This document shows positions 18,996 to 29,573 of a stretch of DNA of 64,000 nt, piece after piece. The notes under the pieces are model-generated. The model was not told the origin of the DNA and did not search any database. It was given only the letters and a program-made list of their open reading frames with translations. The stretch's first letter is position 1. Each line of letters begins with the position of its first letter. Position numbers and translations under genes: made by a program. Source of the DNA: an uncultured Lachnospiraceae bacterium (lineage in GTDB: Bacteria > Bacillota > Clostridia > Lachnospirales > Lachnospiraceae); contig CANOCU010000003.1 in NCBI GenBank assembly GCA_947564645.1, positions 3,934 to 67,933 on the forward strand. Direction: 5' to 3'.

Positions 18996-20828
18996 TCACG
19001 CCGACTGATAATACCCCGCCTGGGCCTCCCACAGCTTCTGATACTCGCCGCCTAGCTGAAGCAGCTGTTCATGGCTGCCCTCCTCCAACAAGACGCCGTC
19101 TTTCAGCACCAGGATCCTGTCACAAAAGCAGCAGCTTGAAAGACGATGGGATATGAAGATCATCGTCTTTTCCCCCAAAAGCGTGTTGGTCTTCTCATAC
19201 AGCTGCGCCTCCGACACCGGATCAAGAGCGGCCGAAGGTTCATCCATGACAAAGACAGGCGCATCCTTATACAGCGCCTTCGCGATCGCCAGCTTCTGCG
19301 CCTCGCCGCCGGAGAGCAGGATTCCCTGCTCGTCGTACTCCCGGTACAGATAAGAATCCATACCGGCATACATTTCCCTGACCCGCTGCGCCATCCCCAG
19401 ATCCTCCAGCGCTTTCCAAACCGCCTCTTCCCTCTTTGCGCCGCTGCCTGCGATGTTCTGCCAGAGCCGGAAGGAAAACAGCTTGAAATCCTGGAAGACC
19501 ACGGACAGCAGCCGCCAGTACTCTTTTATGTCATACTCCTGAATGTCAACCCCGTTTAAACGGATCACGCCTTTCTCCGGCCGGTACAGCCGCAGCAGAA
19601 GCCGTATGCAGGTGGTCTTGCCGGAACCGTTCTGCCCCACCATGGCAATATGGTCGCCCTGCGAGACCCGGAAGCTCACATCCTGAAGCGTCCACGCTTC
19701 CGTCCCCGGATACCGGAAATACACATGCTCGAAGGAAAGCTCCACCGACGCTGACGCCGGCAGCACTCTTTTCCTGCCGCCCCGGGCCTCTTCCGGTTCC
19801 AAGTCCAGGAATTCGTAATGCTGCCGCAGAAACGGCGCATTTCCCCGCAGATCCGCGATACCCGCCGCCACCCGGGTAAGCCCGGTAAAAAACTGCGCCA
19901 CCGCGCCGGAATACTTCACGATATTCCCTACGCTGATCAGCTTATGGTAAGCGTTCACACCCACATACAGGCAGGCAATCCCGCTCAAAAATGTATTGAC
20001 CACGGAGTTTGCCGCCTTGAAACTCCCCTCGTCTTTCCCGATGCCTTTTATAAAACCACGGTTGGCCCTCTGCACCTTCCCAAACTCTTCCACGATCAGT
20101 TCACGCTCGTCGAAAATCCGCACTTCCTTCCCATATTTATAATTCTGAAAAACATTCTGCCTGTAAAATCCGTAAAGGCGGTTCTGGGCCGTCAGCTTTC
20201 CGAACCGGGCAAAACGCTGACCGTTGTGCCGTTCCCCGTTTTTGACCGTAAGCAGTACGCCCCCGGCCGCCAACACCAAAAAGCCGCCAAACATAAAGAA
20301 TGTTTCCGGCGCACCGCTCCCTGCGGCCAGCTTCTGTGCCGCAAACCGCGCAAGATACACAAGCGCCGCCGTCACGCCAAACAGGCCGGCCAGCACGTCT
20401 CTCGTATACCGGATCAGTTTGTCAAAAGGATCGCCGTGCTGAAACCGGCCCCGTTTCAGACTGGCAGACAGCTCCTGTCCCCTGCCGCTCTCCAGAAGCT
20501 GATAGTCCATCGTCGTCATCTTTTCCAGCTGCTTTTTCATCTGCTCCACGTAAAGCCGCTGCCCGGCCTTTTCCACATAACAGCCGAGAATATGTCCTGC
20601 CGCTTCCGCCGCCAGAACCCCAAGCGACAGCCACAATGCCTGCAGCAGAACCTGCGCTTCCCCGTCGCCCCTGTACAGTCCGTCCACCACGGCCGCCGAG
20701 AAATGGAGCACGATAAATGGCCGCACTGCCAGCAGGAAATTCTCCCCCGCCAGTGCCGGGAACAGCCATGGAGATACCTCATGGAAACTATGGAACGTCT
20801 TTTTGAAAAGATCTCTGTCAAATCTCAT
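18996..20828 (-). CDS. ABC exporter, fused permease and ATPase
   Basis: N-terminal TM domain, GQNGSGKT, LSGGEAQK, VMDEPSAALDP, ISHRL. Confidence 0.9.
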   Translation of the reverse strand: MRFDRDLFKKTFHSFHEVSPWLFPALAGENFLLAVRPFIVLHFSAAVVDGLYRGDGEAQVLLQALWLSLGVLAAEAAGHILGCYVEKAGQRLYVEQMKKQLEKMTTMDYQLLESGRGQELSASLKRGRFQHGDPFDKLIRYTRDVLAGLFGVTAALVYLARFAAQKLAAGSGAPETFFMFGGFLVLAAGGVLLTVKNGERHNGQRFARFGKLTAQNRLYGFYRQNVFQNYKYGKEVRIFDERELIVEEFGKVQRANRGFIKGIGKDEGSFKAANSVVNTFLSGIACLYVGVNAYHKLISVGNIVKYSGAVAQFFTGLTRVAAGIADLRGNAPFLRQHYEFLDLEPEEARGGRKRVLPASASVELSFEHVYFRYPGTEAWTLQDVSFRVSQGDHIAMVGQNGSGKTTCIRLLLRLYRPEKGVIRLNGVDIQEYDIKEYWRLLSVVFQDFKLFSFRLWQNIAGSGAKREEAVWKALEDLGMAQRVREMYAGMDSYLYREYDEQGILLSGGEAQKLAIAKALYKDAPVFVMDEPSAALDPVSEAQLYEKTNTLLGEKTMIFISHRLSSCCFCDRILVLKDGVLLEEGSHEQLLQLGGEYQKLWEAQAGYYQSA

Positions 20829-22610
20829 CTCGTCCGCCCTCCGTATAATACCGGCTCTGTACGTTGAACATCTCCCAATAGCTCCCCTGCTTCGCCATCA
20901 ATTCCTCATGGGTGCCCTGCTCCGCGATCCGGCCGTCGTCCAGCAGGATGATCCGGTCGCAGAAGCTGGTGCTGGCAAGGCGGTGGGAAATGAAGAAAGA
21001 GGTCACGCCCTGCGTCATCTCACTGTATTTCCGGTAAATATCATTCTCCGCGATCGGATCAAGGGCTGCCGTCGGTTCGTCCAGGATCAGCAGGCTGCCG
21101 CCTTTATAGAGTGCCTTGGCAAGCATCGTCTTCTGCTGCTCGCCTCCCGACAGCTCCACAGCGTCTTCCCTGGCCGACCGTTGCAGGCAGGTGTCCGTCC
21201 CTGCAGGCAGTTTCCGCACCCTCTCACCAATCCCCGCCTGTTCCAGACTTAACATTACCCTCTGCATATCCGTTTTAGCCCGGATATGGGAAGACACATT
21301 CTCCACCATGCTCACCGGCAAAAGCTGGATATCCTGAAACACCACCGCCAGCCCGGCGAAATAAGCCTCGTCACTGTAATCTGTGATGTCCTTTCCGTCC
21401 AAAAGGATCCTGCCGCGACACGGCCGGTACAGCCCGGAAAGCAGCTTCACCAGCGTCGTCTTGCCGGCGCCGTTTTGGCCCACGATGGCCAGCTTCTCCC
21501 CCGCCCTGACCGTAAGCGTGATGTCGCGCAGGGTGTCCTCCTGTGCGCCTTCATAGCAAAAACTTACATGCTCGAAAGTCAGAGACGGCGCGTCTTCATG
21601 GTTTATCTCTTCCTCTCTCTTTTTCGACGTCTGCCCGTCGTCCCCCAGATCCAGCCACGCAAAATAGTCGTCCAGATAAAGCCCCAGACGTTTTAATTCC
21701 CCGGCATCCCCGATCAGCCCCCGCATCCAGACGGACAGCCCGGCCACCATGCCTGTCATTAGTACCAGATCCCCAATCGCGATCCGCCCGGCGACCGCCA
21801 GATGGATCAGGTAAAAATAAGTGACAAAGCTTCTGATAAACGCCAGCAGGCTCTCCCCGCTGCACACCAGCGCCTTTACGTGGGCGATCCTGTCCGTGCT
21901 CCTTGTCCGGCGTTCCATACTGCTCCGGTACAGTCCGGAAAACAGACCCGCCATGTCGTAAATCCGAAGCTCTCTTGCCGCCTGCAGGGACTGCCCCTCA
22001 TTTTCCAGATAATTCATCTTCCTGTCGCAGTCCACAAGGGTTTCCTTCTGCCGCTGCTCGCATCGCCGAAGCAGCACGGTAGCCAGATAGCCGCCGCAGG
22101 TCGTCATCGTCACCACTGCCAGGATCGCCGGGTCACACCTGCCGATGGTCAGCCCGTAGAACAGAAGCCCGCACAGGTTTACCAGGAAAGAAACGCCCCG
22201 CGTCACCACAGACTGTCCGAAGGCATATACCGCATGCAGCGCCCGCTGCCTGACCTGCTGCCCTGCTGCCCTGCCGCCCCTTCCACATTCGCATATGCCG
22301 TGGTCAGAGTTTTCTCATCCATGGGCGCCAACAGGCTGTGTACCAACAGCTTATTCTCCCACTCGGCAGTGGCCGCCGCCCACTCCTTCATGGAATTGAC
22401 TCCCATCTACAGTAAAAAAATGCTGCCAACCTCCGCCGCATACCGGTAGAGGGGATCCTGTCTCTCGATCCCTGTCACTAGCGTCCGCGTCAAAAAGATC
22501 TGCAGCCATGGTAAGAATACCTGTAACGGAAGCTGCACGGCCGAGAGCACAAGCAGCTTCCTGTTGTCGTTCCATATGGTTTGAAGAATGAATTTTATTT
22601 TTCTGCTCAT
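20818..22610 (-). pseudogene. ABC exporter (permease and ATPase) disrupted by an in-frame TAG and an 8-bp duplication frameshift
   Basis: Three consecutive ORF pieces. TAG at 22407-22409 is in frame with the next piece. CTGCTGCC is duplicated at 22255-22270; removing one copy and reading through the stop gives about 594 aa with GQNGAGKT and LSGGEQQK. Confidence 0.85.
22255..22278. repeat. 8-bp tandem repeat CTGCTGCC x2 + CTGCCGCC
   Basis: Read directly; it causes the frameshift in the ABC gene. Confidence 0.95.
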
Positions 22611-22662
22611 TTTGATACTGGATCCTATTCATAAATTGATATCGTGCACTCAAAGCTCTTTC

Positions 22663-23199
22663 TCAGACAACTTCCTCATCCAGATATACCCTCGACCCCG
22701 TCGCGCCTCGCTGACCCTGATATTTACCGCGGTAAGGATGCAGGGCGGCCTGATCCATCCGCGCAAATACCAGCTGTCCTATCCTGCGGCCGGCCTGTAA
22801 TTCGATGGCGCAGCGGTTCGCATTAAATAGCTCCAGCGTAATCTCCCCGGAAAACCCCGGATCGACCCAGCCGGCATTTTGAATAAACAATCCCATACGC
22901 CCAAGGGAACTGCGCCCCTCCACAAACGCCGTCAGATGATCGGGAAGACTGATATATTCCATGGTCGTCGCCAGAACAAACTGCCCCGGTAAAAGAAGGT
23001 ATCTGTCTGCATGTATTTCCTTGTAGACCATTTCCTGTGAGAGTGTAAGGATCGCCGCGGAAGAATCCTCCACAACGCTGAAAGTGTCTCCAAGCCTTAT
23101 GTCTACGCTGGCCGGCTGAATCTGGTTCTCCTGAAGCGGCGATATGGACAGTGTCCCTTCTTGCAGTAATGACAGAATCGTTTTATCAGATAAGATCAT
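22663..23199 (-). CDS. dcd: dCTP deaminase
   Basis: MILSDK start, [39 protein letters not shown]. Confidence 0.92.
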   Translation of the reverse strand: MILSDKTILSLLQEGTLSISPLQENQIQPASVDIRLGDTFSVVEDSSAAILTLSQEMVYKEIHADRYLLLPGQFVLATTMEYISLPDHLTAFVEGRSSLGRMGLFIQNAGWVDPGFSGEITLELFNANRCAIELQAGRRIGQLVFARMDQAALHPYRGKYQGQRGATGSRVYLDEEVV

Positions 23200-23384
23200 G
23201 CGGATGCTCCTTTCTTTTCTCAATCATACATTCATCTTCTTTGTTATAATGCTTTGTATTGTTATGATAAGCATATCATACCTGATGCACAAATTCCATG
23301 TCAGCGCTCCCGTTTCCACATCAAAATCATGTAAAGCAAAATTGTTCCCAACAAACTTTTACATTTTCTTATCCCCTCCCCCTC

Positions 23385-23413
23385 TTGACATTTTCCACGG
23401 ATGGATCCATAAT
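23385..23413 (+). promoter_or_regulatory. Putative sigma-A promoter of the mrp operon
   Basis: TTGACA-17 bp-CATAAT. Confidence 0.7.
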
Positions 23414-23527
23414 TGCAAAGGCTGATCTGTTTCACCCTTTTAATAAGAAGAAACAGGACAAGCTACGGAATGTTTATGCAAATCCACGGGGATCTGTGCA
23501 AGAAATCTATGTGAAGGAGCTGTACTG

Positions 23528-23992
23528 ATGTACCTTATATTTTTTCTGATATGGATCATTTTCAACGGGCAGTTCACCCTGGAGATCGCCGCCTTCGGCG
23601 TCGTGGTGTCCGGGCTGATCTACTGGTTTTTCTGCCGGTTCCTGGGCTATAAGCCAGGCGATGATATCCGGCTGTGCAAGCGTATCTTCCTGCTGGTCCA
23701 CTATATCTTCGTTCTGGTAACAGAGATCCTGAAAGCAAATATGGCAGTCTTTAAGATGATCTATTCTTCCAGGTATGAGATCGAGCCGGTAGTGATCCAT
23801 TTTAAGACGAATCTCACATCGACCTTCGCCAGAGTGCTCCTGGCCAATTCCATTACCCTGACCCCCGGCACCATCACCGTCAGTCTCAAAGACGACGAGT
23901 ATACCGTTCACTGTCTGGACAAAGATCTGGCGGCAGGCATAGATTCATCCATATTCGTGAAACTATTGGAGAGAATTGAAAGTATAACATGA
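23528..23992 (+). CDS. mrpE: Na+/H+ antiporter subunit E
   Basis: LANSITLTPGTITV motif. Confidence 0.88.
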   Translation: MYLIFFLIWIIFNGQFTLEIAAFGVVVSGLIYWFFCRFLGYKPGDDIRLCKRIFLLVHYIFVLVTEILKANMAVFKMIYSSRYEIEPVVIHFKTNLTSTFARVLLANSITLTPGTITVSLKDDEYTVHCLDKDLAAGIDSSIFVKLLERIESIT

Positions 23993-24069
23993 GTAAATTC
24001 ACAATGTGAATTAACTCGAGTAAATTCACAATGCAAATCTCGTATGGCGAACTAAAACGGAGGGACAAA

Positions 24070-24402
24070 ATGCTGTACCACAATCTCTATATTACAATAC
24101 TGGTCATTCTGGCCGTCATGCTTTTTCCCTGTCTGATCCGTGCCGTCAGGGGGCCGCGCATTGCGGACCGTCTCGTCTCGGTCAATATGATGGGCACCAT
24201 GGTGATGGTGATGATCGCCATTCTGGCGCTGATGCTGGATGAAGGGTATCTGGTGGATATCTGTCTGATCTACGCCATGATCAGTTTCCTGTCCGTGGTC
24301 GTTCTTTCCAAAGTATACATCGGTATCTATGAGGAGAAACGGCACAAGGCAGAGCATCCGGAGGATGAAACGGAAGGAGGTAAGTCTGATGGGAGTTTTT
24401 GA
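24070..24402 (+). CDS. mrpF: Na+/H+ antiporter subunit F
   Basis: GPRIADRLVSVN, 3 TM. Start refined to MLYHN. Confidence 0.85.
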   Translation: MLYHNLYITILVILAVMLFPCLIRAVRGPRIADRLVSVNMMGTMVMVMIAILALMLDEGYLVDICLIYAMISFLSVVVLSKVYIGIYEEKRHKAEHPEDETEGGKSDGSF

Positions 24403-24823
24403 ATGGCTGCGTCTGATCGCGGGATGTCTGTTCCTGCTGATCGGACTGGTAATCTTTTTTACGGAAATATTCGGCGTTTTTCATTTCCGGTATGTGTTGA
24501 ACAGGATGCATGCCACGGCCATGGGCGATACACTGGGCATCAGTTCCTGTATGATCGGGCTGATGATCTTCTCCGGGTGGAATTATACCACTCTGAAGCT
24601 GCTTTTGATCGTCGTATTCCTGTGGCTTGCTTCCCCGGTATCCTCCCACGTGCTGGCGAGGCTGGAGGTGGCGACCAATGAGAATCTGGGCGCGCACTGC
24701 ACGGTCTACCCGGAGTTAAAAACACTGGAACAGGAGCTGGCCTGTGCAAAGCCGGAAGAAGCAGACTTACAGCAAAACGGCCAGGCTGATCATGCATTTT
24801 CAACAGGAGGCGAAACCAAATGA
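24389..24823 (+). CDS. mrpG: Na+/H+ antiporter subunit G
   Basis: NRMHATAMGDTLG, SPVSSHVLA. Start refined after an AAGGAGG RBS. Confidence 0.85.
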   Translation: MGVFEWLRLIAGCLFLLIGLVIFFTEIFGVFHFRYVLNRMHATAMGDTLGISSCMIGLMIFSGWNYTTLKLLLIVVFLWLASPVSSHVLARLEVATNENLGAHCTVYPELKTLEQELACAKPEEADLQQNGQADHAFSTGGETK

Positions 24824-25119
24824 CCATTTTCCAATCGATACTGCTGGGCTTTCTGGTGGTGTGCGCGATCTCCGTCAGCTTTTCGCGCAACCTGCTAAAC
24901 TCCATCCTGATCTATATGTCCTACAGCCTGATCATGTCCATTCTCTGGGTCTGTCTGGAATCTCCGGATCTGGCCATCACGGAAGCGGCCGTGGGCGCGG
25001 GCGTGACCAGTATCCTCTTCTTCGCCACGCTTAAGAAGATCCAGGCGATCCGTATCGAGAACGAGAAGACAGCAGAGACGGCACAAAGAAACGGAAAGGC
25101 GGAAACGGCGCATGAGTAG
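24820..25119 (+). CDS. DUF4040 / MrpB-related small subunit
   Basis: SPDLAITEAAVGAGV motif. Confidence 0.82.
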   Translation: MTIFQSILLGFLVVCAISVSFSRNLLNSILIYMSYSLIMSILWVCLESPDLAITEAAVGAGVTSILFFATLKKIQAIRIENEKTAETAQRNGKAETAHE

Positions 25120-26074
25120 GCGAAAACCAAACGAAGAATACGACAAGACAATGGCCGGACGCTTTTTCGGATGGCTGTCCGGCAGCAAGGATCCTTATCT
25201 GGGCAGGGTGGAGATGCAGGCCCAGGAGGAAAAGGTCCTTCCCAGTGAGACGATCATCGAGCGTATGCGGGAAGCGCAGATGCGCCGTGATAAGGTGTAC
25301 GATCCTGAGGCCAATACACTGGCACGGCTTTTTCATAAGATCTACACCGCCAGCGCGGTTCTCTTCTGTATCGCCCTGGTAGGCGTCCTGTTGGTGACGG
25401 TGTCCTACCTGCCGCCCAGCGGCAATGCGGATAACCCGGTCAACAACGTGGTTTCCGAGCGTTACATCGAGGACGGGCTGCAGGAGACGGGCGCGCTCAA
25501 CATCGTGTCCGGCATGATCCTCACTTACAGGGCCTTCGATACCTTCGGTGAGACCAACGTACTCTTTATCGCTACCTGCTGTGTGATGATCCTGCTGATG
25601 GTGGACGATGCGATCTTAAAGAAGCAGGAGGCCATGAGCGACCGCCGTTTTGAGCCGAAAAACGATGCCATTCTGCAGGGTACCGCCTTTGTGCTCACAC
25701 CGATCATCTTTATTTTCGGTATCTATATTATCTTAAACGGCCATCTGTCGCCGGGCGGCGGTTTCTCCGGCGGCGCCATCATCGGTGCGGGACTGATCCT
25801 CTATACCAGCGCCTTCGGCTTCCATAAGACGCAGCGATTCTTCGACGAGCATATCTATAAGATCGCGAAGATCACCGCTCTTTGCATGTACGGCCTGATC
25901 GGCACTTATTTCTATGTGACCGGGGCAAACGGCATCGAGAATCATATTCCGCTCGGCATTCCGGGGCATATTCTAAGCAGCGGCATCATCCTGCCCATCA
26001 ACTTCTGCGTGGGCTTAGAGGTTGCCTGCACCATGTATGCTTTCTATGCATTATTCAGAAGAGGAGGGCTATAG
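25112..26074 (+). CDS. mrpB: MrpB/MnhB-domain subunit
   Basis: YRAFDTFGE, GHLSPGGGFSGG. Confidence 0.85.
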   Translation: MSRRKPNEEYDKTMAGRFFGWLSGSKDPYLGRVEMQAQEEKVLPSETIIERMREAQMRRDKVYDPEANTLARLFHKIYTASAVLFCIALVGVLLVTVSYLPPSGNADNPVNNVVSERYIEDGLQETGALNIVSGMILTYRAFDTFGETNVLFIATCCVMILLMVDDAILKKQEAMSDRRFEPKNDAILQGTAFVLTPIIFIFGIYIILNGHLSPGGGFSGGAIIGAGLILYTSAFGFHKTQRFFDEHIYKIAKITALCMYGLIGTYFYVTGANGIENHIPLGIPGHILSSGIILPINFCVGLEVACTMYAFYALFRRGGL

Positions 26075-26080
26075 GAGAAA

Positions 26081-26455
26081 ATGGGTCCCAATTTACTTAT
26101 CAATTACGGCGAGGCGGTTGCCATGCTCCTGTTCGGCATCGGATTCGGCAATCTGCTCCTGCAGCCGAATCTGATCAAGAAGATCATCGGCCTCAATATC
26201 ATGGATACGGCAGTCTATCTTTTTCTGGCGGAAAAAGGGTATATCGCCGGGCGGGTAGCCCCCATTATCACGGGCGGCGTGCAGGACGTGGAAGCTTACA
26301 TCAATCCCATTCCCAGCGGCCTTGTGCTGACGGGTATCGTGGTATCGGTGTCCGTGTCCGCCCTGATGCTTGCCCTGACGATCCGGCTTTACCGTCGTTA
26401 TCATACCCTGGACTTGGACGAGATCTCAAGACAGCTGAAAAAGGAGGGTCTGTAA
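26081..26455 (+). CDS. mrpC: Na+/H+ antiporter subunit C
   Basis: NLIKKIIGL, NPIPSGLVLTGIVV. Confidence 0.88.
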   Translation: MGPNLLINYGEAVAMLLFGIGFGNLLLQPNLIKKIIGLNIMDTAVYLFLAEKGYIAGRVAPIITGGVQDVEAYINPIPSGLVLTGIVVSVSVSALMLALTIRLYRRYHTLDLDEISRQLKKEGL

Positions 26456-26456
26456 G

Positions 26457-27950
26457 ATGGATTTTGTACAGAACTTTCCCTGTTTTTCCATTATCCTGTG
26501 TCTTTTCGCGGGGATCATCAGCTCCGGCTTCAAGGACAAAGCCGCCCTGCGGATCAATACCGGGCTGCTAGTGATCGTCACTTTCTTAAACGGAGCCACA
26601 CTGCTCTACACGCTGGAGACCGGGGAATCCTTCGTCTACGTGATGGGCAAATTTCCTGCCCCCTGGGGCAACGAGATCCGCGCCGGTGTACTGGAAGCCC
26701 TGACGGCGCTTTTCTTCTGCGTGATCATGCTTCTGTCCCTGTTAGGCGGCAGACACAAGTTGCTGGAAGAGGTGGAAGCGGGGAAGACGTATCTCTACTA
26801 CGTGCTGACGGACCTGCTGCTCAGCTCCCTGCTGGCGCTCGTCTACACCAACGATATGTTTACGGCCTATGTCTTCGTGGAGATCAACACCATCTCCGCC
26901 TGCGGCCTGATCATGATCAGGCAGAACGGGCGCACCATCGAGGCCGCCGTCCGCTATATGATCATGAGTCTCTTAGGTTCCGGCCTGCTGCTTCTGGGGC
27001 TGTGTATGCTCTACGACCTGACCGGCCATCTGCTCATGAGCAATATCCGGCAGTCCGTGGCGCAGATCGCCGCAAACGATGCGTATGTGATCCCTCTGAT
27101 CGTGTCGATCGTGCTGATGTCGGTGGGTATCTGCATCAAGAGCGCACTGTTCCCGTTCCACGCCTGGCTGCCGGACGCCTACGGCTATTCCACCGTATCC
27201 TCCGCCGCCATTCTCTCCAGTCTGGTGTCCAAAGGGTATATTTTTCTGCTGATCAAGATCATCTACCGGGTGATCGGTTTTGATATTTACCACGATACGA
27301 GAATCATCGACGTGCTCTTCGTCTTCGGCCTGATGGGCATGGTCTTCGGCTCCTTAAGCGCCATCAAGGAAAACGATGTCCGCCGGATGATCGCCTACTC
27401 CTCGGTGGCCCAGATCGGCTATATTTACATGGGCTTCGGCATGGGCACGGAAGCCGGCATGACTGCCAGTGTCTTCCATATCCTGTCCCACGCCGCCACC
27501 AAGTCGCTTCTGTTTATCGCCGCCATCGGCCTGACGGACGTCTCCGGCGGCAGCCGCAAGTTTATCGAGCTGACCGGAGCGGCCTACCGCAACAAATGGG
27601 CCGGCGCAGCGTTCACGGTAGGGTCCCTTTCCATGGTGGGCGTGCCGCTCTTTTCCGGCTTTATCAGCAAGCTGCTGTTCGCCCAGGCCGCCGTGCAGAA
27701 CCATACGAAAATGCTGCCTGCCCTGATCGTTCTGGGGATCAGCACGATCCTGAACGCGATCTACTTTATGAAGACCGTGATCCGCATCTACACGCCGGTA
27801 GGCTACAGCGCCTACCCGAGCATTACATTTGCCAAAATGCGGGTGTACGCCGTGACCTTAATTGCCTTTATCCTGTTGAACGTGATCCTGGGCATCAGCT
27901 CCCAGCCGGTGGTTGATATGATCCGGCAGGGGTTATCCATGTTTTCCTAA
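26457..27950 (+). CDS. MrpD-like proton-conducting subunit 1
   Basis: YVFVEI, KSALFPFHAWLPDAY, RRMIAYSS, P.FSGFISK. Confidence 0.88.
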   Translation: MDFVQNFPCFSIILCLFAGIISSGFKDKAALRINTGLLVIVTFLNGATLLYTLETGESFVYVMGKFPAPWGNEIRAGVLEALTALFFCVIMLLSLLGGRHKLLEEVEAGKTYLYYVLTDLLLSSLLALVYTNDMFTAYVFVEINTISACGLIMIRQNGRTIEAAVRYMIMSLLGSGLLLLGLCMLYDLTGHLLMSNIRQSVAQIAANDAYVIPLIVSIVLMSVGICIKSALFPFHAWLPDAYGYSTVSSAAILSSLVSKGYIFLLIKIIYRVIGFDIYHDTRIIDVLFVFGLMGMVFGSLSAIKENDVRRMIAYSSVAQIGYIYMGFGMGTEAGMTASVFHILSHAATKSLLFIAAIGLTDVSGGSRKFIELTGAAYRNKWAGAAFTVGSLSMVGVPLFSGFISKLLFAQAAVQNHTKMLPALIVLGISTILNAIYFMKTVIRIYTPVGYSAYPSITFAKMRVYAVTLIAFILLNVILGISSQPVVDMIRQGLSMFS

Positions 27951-27977
27951 GGAAAATTACCAGAGAGGGGTAACGAT

Positions 27978-29516
27978 ATGTATCTCATTCTTTTATCTGT
28001 ATTTGTACCGATACTGGCAGGCGTCCTCCTGCTGATCCTGCCCGAAAAGAACATCGCCAGGACACGGCTGCTCCCGACGGTGGGCGCGGCTTACCTTCTG
28101 ACGGCCGTGCTGGTCGTCGGCGCGCTGACCCGGGCCTATGATATGACCTTCACGCTTTTTCATCTCACCGCATCGCTGCCTGTCTGTTTTCATATCGACG
28201 AGGCCGGTGTGTTGTTCGCGGTGTTGACGCTGATTGTATTTGTGTGTGCCGGATTCTTTTCTTTTGCCTATATGCAGCATGAGTCGAAGGAAAAACGTTA
28301 TTACGGATTCTATCTGATTGTATTCGGCGTGCTGAACGCCCTCTGCTTTGCCGGGAATCTGATCACCTTCTATCTGTTCTTCGAGATGCTGACCCTCACT
28401 TCCATGCCGCTTGTGCTGCACGGCGGCAGCAGGGAAGCCATTATGGCCGGGTTAAAATATTTGTTCTACTCCCTGTGCGGGGCTTATATGGCATTGTTCG
28501 GCATTTATTTTATCTGGAAAAACAGCGCTACGCTGGCCTTCACGGCGGGCGGCGTGCTGAATATGGCACTTGGCGAAGGCGGGGATCGTCTGCTTTCCCC
28601 GGCAGTCGGCAGCGCAGGCGGCACAATAAACGCGGCAGCGGGCGCCCATGCCGGTGTCCTGTTAATCGCAGCCTTTGTCATGTTATTGGGCTTCGGCGTC
28701 AAGGCCGGCATGTTTCCGATGCACGCCTGGCTGCCTGCCGCTCATCCGGTGGCGCCCGCTCCAGCCTCCGCGGTACTCTCCGCGGTCATCGTCAAGGCTG
28801 GTGTACTGGCGGTGGTGCGCGTGGTCTATTATATCTTCGGCCCCGATTTTCTGCGGGATACCTGGGTGCAGACGGCGTGGCTTACGCTGACGCTGATCAC
28901 CGTATTTATGGGATCCATGCTGGCCTACAGAGAACCTGTGCTGAAGAAAAGACTGGCCTACTCCACGGTGAGTCAGCTCTCCTATATCCTGTTCGGCCTG
29001 GCGGTCATGAACGTCACTTCCGTCACAGGCGGGCTGCTGCATGTACTGGCCCACGGTCTGATCAAGGCCGTCCTGTTCCTTGTGGCCGGCGCGATTATCT
29101 GCACTACCGGACGGACACGGGTCGAAGAGCTGCGGGGGATCGGAAAGGAAATGCCGCTCACCATGTGGTGTTACACCATCGCTTCCCTGGGCCTGATCGG
29201 TATTCCGCCCACCGGCGGTTTTATCAGCAAATGGTATCTGGCCGTGGGCAGCCTGCAGAGCAATACGGTCTTCCGGTGGCTGGGACCGGTGGTGCTGCTT
29301 GTCAGCGCCCTTTTAACGGCGGGTTATCTGCTGCCGCTCACGATCCGGGGGTTCCTGCCGGGCGCGGATTACGATTACGCTCATCTGCAGAAGCGGGAGC
29401 CTTCGCCATGGATGACGGTTCCGATCGTAATACTGACATCGCTGTCGGTTCTGATCGGTTTATTTCCCAATGGGATCGCGGAACGGATCATGGGGTTTGT
29501 GAGTACACTCATGTGA
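27978..29516 (+). CDS. MrpD-like proton-conducting subunit 2
   Basis: YLFFEM, KAGMFPMHAWLPAAHP, KKRLAYST, GFISKWYL. Confidence 0.88.
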   Translation: MYLILLSVFVPILAGVLLLILPEKNIARTRLLPTVGAAYLLTAVLVVGALTRAYDMTFTLFHLTASLPVCFHIDEAGVLFAVLTLIVFVCAGFFSFAYMQHESKEKRYYGFYLIVFGVLNALCFAGNLITFYLFFEMLTLTSMPLVLHGGSREAIMAGLKYLFYSLCGAYMALFGIYFIWKNSATLAFTAGGVLNMALGEGGDRLLSPAVGSAGGTINAAAGAHAGVLLIAAFVMLLGFGVKAGMFPMHAWLPAAHPVAPAPASAVLSAVIVKAGVLAVVRVVYYIFGPDFLRDTWVQTAWLTLTLITVFMGSMLAYREPVLKKRLAYSTVSQLSYILFGLAVMNVTSVTGGLLHVLAHGLIKAVLFLVAGAIICTTGRTRVEELRGIGKEMPLTMWCYTIASLGLIGIPPTGGFISKWYLAVGSLQSNTVFRWLGPVVLLVSALLTAGYLLPLTIRGFLPGADYDYAHLQKREPSPWMTVPIVILTSLSVLIGLFPNGIAERIMGFVSTLM

Positions 29517-29573
29517 GAGGGACGGATCCGATTGAACGCGGCAAAGATAAGTTAACAGAAATGGAGCGCTACT

